A stretch of 58,012 nucleotides of DNA, from assembly GCA_030167865.1 (NCBI GenBank), contig JALAGF010002103.1, positions 1 through 58,012 on the forward strand. The letters run 5' to 3'. Below the pieces are notes generated by a model, which saw nothing but the letters and a program-made list of their open reading frames with translations, was not told where the DNA came from and ran no database searches. Positions 54,595 to 58,012 of this stretch are shown here, in pieces; positions within the stretch are counted from its first letter, which is position 1, and every line of letters begins with the position of its first letter. The translations under genes were made by a program, and so were the position numbers. The DNA comes from Craspedostauros australis. Its lineage: Eukaryota.

Positions 54595-55133
54595 TCGTTA
54601 AGCGGTTGCCGGTTACTCGCGGAACGGATCTCGTACATCGTACATAGCAACAATATAGTAGTAGTCTAGATGCTGGTATCATGAGTAGAGCGCTGCATTA
54701 TGTTCTCCACCAGCTTCGACGATCTCTGCCTGCTGCACAGGACGCAATACAGTGTGATTCAAGAGCGTGATCCTATTTCGCTGTCTATCGGAGCTGGACT
54801 TTGCTACAGTACCATGCATGCGCGAAGTAGTCTTCGCGGGATGAGGCGTCATGCGCCTGGTTCGACAGCATCAGCCACCCTTGTGTGCTCTACAAGTTTG
54901 CCACGCTACGTACCATACGCGCCTGCCAAAGTACTCTGATAGAAACGTGAAAGGATCCATCACGTGCTCTTCTTTCTGCTCACCGGCGATTGCATGTCTG
55001 ACGTATTCTCATACGTACGCCTACTTGGACACTCGGCGTCGCACAACTCCCATTCGAGAAAAACAACGAAACAGCCAACAAGCGATATTGCGGTTGGCGG
55101 AAGAGAACTACGGACTATAGACCGTACACCACT

Positions 55134-56027
55134 CTATTCAATGCCCCTGTTGATGAACCGGGCAGCCCCTGTGGTGTCTGTCTCCGGATTTTCCTCATCC
55201 GGCACATCGTAGAAATCCAAATGGGTGCCCGATTCGTACTCATCCTTTTGCACGATGCGGATCAACTTCTTGGCACTGTCGATGGGCCTGAGCTGCTTCT
55301 GCTGGAACGAGTCTCGCAATGTTTCGTCCAGGGCCTCGGTATCGCGGATCTCGTTGATCATGTCGGTCTCCAACGGCCCCGGTGCATAATTCAATGTCTT
55401 GAATGAAACCTCCTTGGCCAGAACCGAGTGGAACCTGTCGCGCGCGGCCTTGCAGGTGGAGTAGAGGCTGAGAGTGGGGAAACTAGCGACGGCGACGAGA
55501 GAACTGATTTGGATGACGCGCAGAACACCCTGGGTTTGGAACTGCTTCACGAATCTCGAGGTTTGCCAAAGAGACGAGGTGATGTTGAAATCGATGGATT
55601 GCTGCACCTCCTTGAGGGAAGGCAAGTCGGTAACGGGTCCGATGAATCCGATAGATGCGGCGTTGCTGACGAAGATGATCTGCGGTTGCTCGGAAGTGGC
55701 AGACTTGGACGCGTCGATGGAAGTCTGGGCATCCTTGAAGATGGTCTCCATGTTGGCGTCCAGCTTGTCCAAGTCGGACAGGTCCATGGAGTAACGAGAC
55801 ACCTCCAGGTTGCACTTGACGGAGTTGTTGGCCTCCATCATGAGACGTTCGGTCTCCTTCAGACCGTCATCGGATCTCGCCACGATGAAGACGCGAAGAT
55901 GACGATCGGGTTCGTCGGCCTTGGGCAGAGGCGCTGGTGCCGATGCGGCCGAAGCAGCAGCGATGGCAATGGCGCGTCCGAAGCCTTTGGAGGCGCCGGT
56001 GATGATCCAGGTGGTGAGTGGGGACAT
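55134..56027 (-). CDS. SPR: Sepiapterin reductase-like short-chain dehydrogenase
   Basis: ITGASKGFG, SNAASIG, ISSL, YSTCKAARD, NYAPGPLETDM, ESGTHLDFYD (SPR-type C-terminal motif). Confidence 0.85.
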   Translation of the reverse strand: MSPLTTWIITGASKGFGRAIAIAAASAASAPAPLPKADEPDRHLRVFIVARSDDGLKETERLMMEANNSVKCNLEVSRYSMDLSDLDKLDANMETIFKDAQTSIDASKSATSEQPQIIFVSNAASIGFIGPVTDLPSLKEVQQSIDFNITSSLWQTSRFVKQFQTQGVLRVIQISSLVAVASFPTLSLYSTCKAARDRFHSVLAKEVSFKTLNYAPGPLETDMINEIRDTEALDETLRDSFQQKQLRPIDSAKKLIRIVQKDEYESGTHLDFYDVPDEENPETDTTGAARFINRGIE

Positions 56028-56314
56028 GGTGTTTGCTGTGTGGTTGGTGGAAGGTATTGATTGATGGAAAGAGGTGTTGCTGCGGGCGGCAATTCGTTTT
56101 TATGGTTGTGATCTCAGGGTTGGACGTTGTTTGGCACAGATACGGACATGGTTCTCCCTCATTTTCGTCCACGCAACATTTGGGTGGTTTCGATTCGCTC
56201 GTTTCTTGTGGAGACCGGCGAAAGGAATGATTCTTCTTGTCGGAGAAGTGGGATGAAATGTGACGACGTCGACAAGCGGTTGGTGGGCTTTGTGCGATGG
56301 ATGGACTAACTGGA

Positions 56315-58012
56315 ATATATATATAACTCATGGATTAGACTGTTACTGTGGCAGTCTGCGCCGTAGGCGCTTTTACGCCGCCCGCTTTATTCTCGTGTGG
56401 AGCACGAGGCAGCACGGCACTATCAATTCATATGCATGTATGCGCTAACCGGTCGTCGAGTCACCCGTGAGATCCTCCTCGTCGCCCCCGCATCTGATTC
56501 GTATGTATCTGCTTGTGTAGTTCTTTTTCTTGTGTTTTCTGTTTGTCGATGGAACCGGTGGCTTTGTGCCAGCACCTTGATCGGCGAGTGCGTCGCCGTG
56601 GCTGCGTCGGAGGCGTCGGTGAGCCTGGAGCCTCGTGCGACGTAGCACTACGATCATTTGCGGCGTCGCAGCCAGTTGCGTACCTCTGCTGGAGCATGAT
56701 CTGCTGGCAGTCCACGCACGCGCTGCACTTGCCCGATCCACACGGCCACTGTAGCGATATCGGTCGCTCCGCGGCCATCTAGAGTCAGCTGCGCCCATTC
56801 CGCGTCCTGGCAGCTCTGCTCCTGGCCCTCCTCCTGTAACTGCGTCGCGTAGTCTCTCACCATCTGCCGCAGCTCAGCCTCGGGCCCTTGATCACTGTGG
56901 TGCATGGCTTGGTTCCTTTGGTACCAGTGCTCCCACGCAATTCTCCACACCTTCCGCACCACCTGCGCTGCCCATTTCTCCGCCGATCTCTTGCTACCTA
57001 TGCGCACGTAGTACTCCGCCTGCAGGGTGGACCATGACGCGGCCATCACCCCCTTCAGGAACCTGCTCCACCCGATCGCGCTTTGATCGTCCATCAGCTT
57101 GGCCTCTACTTGATTCGCCCGTATGCGTCCCACCGGGCCGAGCCTTCGGGACGTTTGCTTCACATTTCGTACCATCACTTTGGCAAGACCTGGGTGGGTC
57201 GCCGCCTTCCGCAATGTCTTCCGTAACCGGTGTCGCTGCGTTCTCCACAACGCAAGGGATTCGTCAGATTGGCACACCCAAAGATGCTCGTGCGTCTCAG
57301 TCTCGCCGCACCGGGGGCACACATCCGTCACTCGCGCCTTCCACTGCACCATCCTGGTTCCCACTGCTGCCTCCTTCAACACAAGCTTCATCGTCAGCAC
57401 TCTCTGCGTTTCAGACAGACTCGTCGCCGCCCGCCGCATGGCGCCCTCGTCCGCTTCGTCTTCCTTGCCTGTGTCGATGCCCCGTTCCCGCCGCACTCTG
57501 GTCATCGCTTCGCTGATGTTGGCGCCAGCTATATTGTCGTAGGTGATTCTCGATCGCTTGACGCCGCCCTTCCACACACTCCATGCTGCCTTCCCCGTGT
57601 GTTGATGGTAGCTCCAGCTGTCAGTGCTCTCTAGCAGCTCCCAGCGTTGCGCCGCCAGTCTGTCTGTGATCACGTTCATGCGCTCCCATGCATCCAGCTC
57701 ATGCAGCTGCTTGCGGCCGTCTTGATGACCTCGCACATGTTGACCGCTGACCTTCGTCCGCAGTTGTCTCCGCACGCGTATGGTGGCCACCATCATATCG
57801 TAGTCGGGGCTTGAGGGATCTGGATCGTCGTCCCACTCCAGCGACTTGAGCGCCTGCATGTTGTCGCAGCTCCATCGCATTTCCCCCCCTTCCATCTCAT
57901 ATCTTTTCTCCATTTCCCTGATCGTTAGGAGTGCACTGAATATGCCTGCGAGTTCTGCTCGCTGCGACGACGTGGGTCCTTCCCGTCTCGGTGCCTCAAG
58001 CGTTCCGAAGGC
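56315..58012 (-). mobile_element. 3' part of a non-LTR retrotransposon with RNase H (possibly Ambal-like), truncated by the window edge
   Basis: RNase H motifs followed by a CCHC knuckle and W..RN tail; 3' UTR with AATAAA (56391-56386) and (TA)n at 56315-56325 as the putative 3' boundary. Confidence 0.8.
56654..58012 (-). CDS. Retrotransposon polyprotein C-terminus: RNase H + zinc knuckle
   Basis: Frame is open from 58012: SSQRAELAGI..WSCDNMQAL..QHVRGHQD..MNVITDRLA (RNase H E, D, H, D), then CPRCGETETHEHLWVC and WEHWYQRN. Confidence 0.85.
   Translation of the reverse strand, partial: AFGTLEAPRREGPTSSQRAELAGIFSALLTIREMEKRYEMEGGEMRWSCDNMQALKSLEWDDDPDPSSPDYDMMVATIRVRRQLRTKVSGQHVRGHQDGRKQLHELDAWERMNVITDRLAAQRWELLESTDSWSYHQHTGKAAWSVWKGGVKRSRITYDNIAGANISEAMTRVRRERGIDTGKEDEADEGAMRRAATSLSETQRVLTMKLVLKEAAVGTRMVQWKARVTDVCPRCGETETHEHLWVCQSDESLALWRTQRHRLRKTLRKAATHPGLAKVMVRNVKQTSRRLGPVGRIRANQVEAKLMDDQSAIGWSRFLKGVMAASWSTLQAEYYVRIGSKRSAEKWAAQVVRKVWRIAWEHWYQRNQAMHHSDQGPEAELRQMVRDYATQLQEEGQEQSCQDAEWAQLTLDGRGATDIATVAVWIGQVQRVRGLPADHAPAEVRNWLRRRK

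Noticed and set aside
39482..56027. HSD, KCS, monooxygenase and SDR as a biosynthetic gene cluster
   Set aside because: They are interspersed with IF3 and DUF6824 genes, have different predicted compartments and share no evident pathway; synteny or co-expression would be needed.

Overview
Eukaryotic nuclear DNA, most likely from a diatom or related ochrophyte. The evidence is GT-AG introns, several signal-peptide plus ASAFAP-type plastid presequences, a DUF6824-type protein and abundant microsatellites. About 21 protein-coding genes are supported: adenylate kinase, a large ARM-repeat protein, MZT1, a thylakoid-lumen FKBP, an RPA34-like protein, PRP3, a mid-SUN protein, two orphan plastid-targeted membrane proteins, a putatively acylated HAD hydrolase, a PX-BAR sorting nexin, a MORN protein, a small CxxxxC-plus-SH3-like protein, a histidine phosphatase, a PH-plus-auxilin-type J protein, homoserine dehydrogenase, 3-ketoacyl-CoA synthase, plastid IF3, a DUF6824 protein, a KMO-like flavin monooxygenase and sepiapterin reductase. 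The window ends in the 3' part of an RNase H-bearing non-LTR retrotransposon. I reconstructed several exon structures by hand, including first exons the ORF track misses or does not link to their genes (HSD, KCS). No tRNA, rRNA or CRISPR array was seen. I cannot demonstrate a multi-gene novel system. The best novelty candidates are single-gene domain architectures, unusual introns and the retroelement. All family assignments come from motif recognition by eye, not from database searches.
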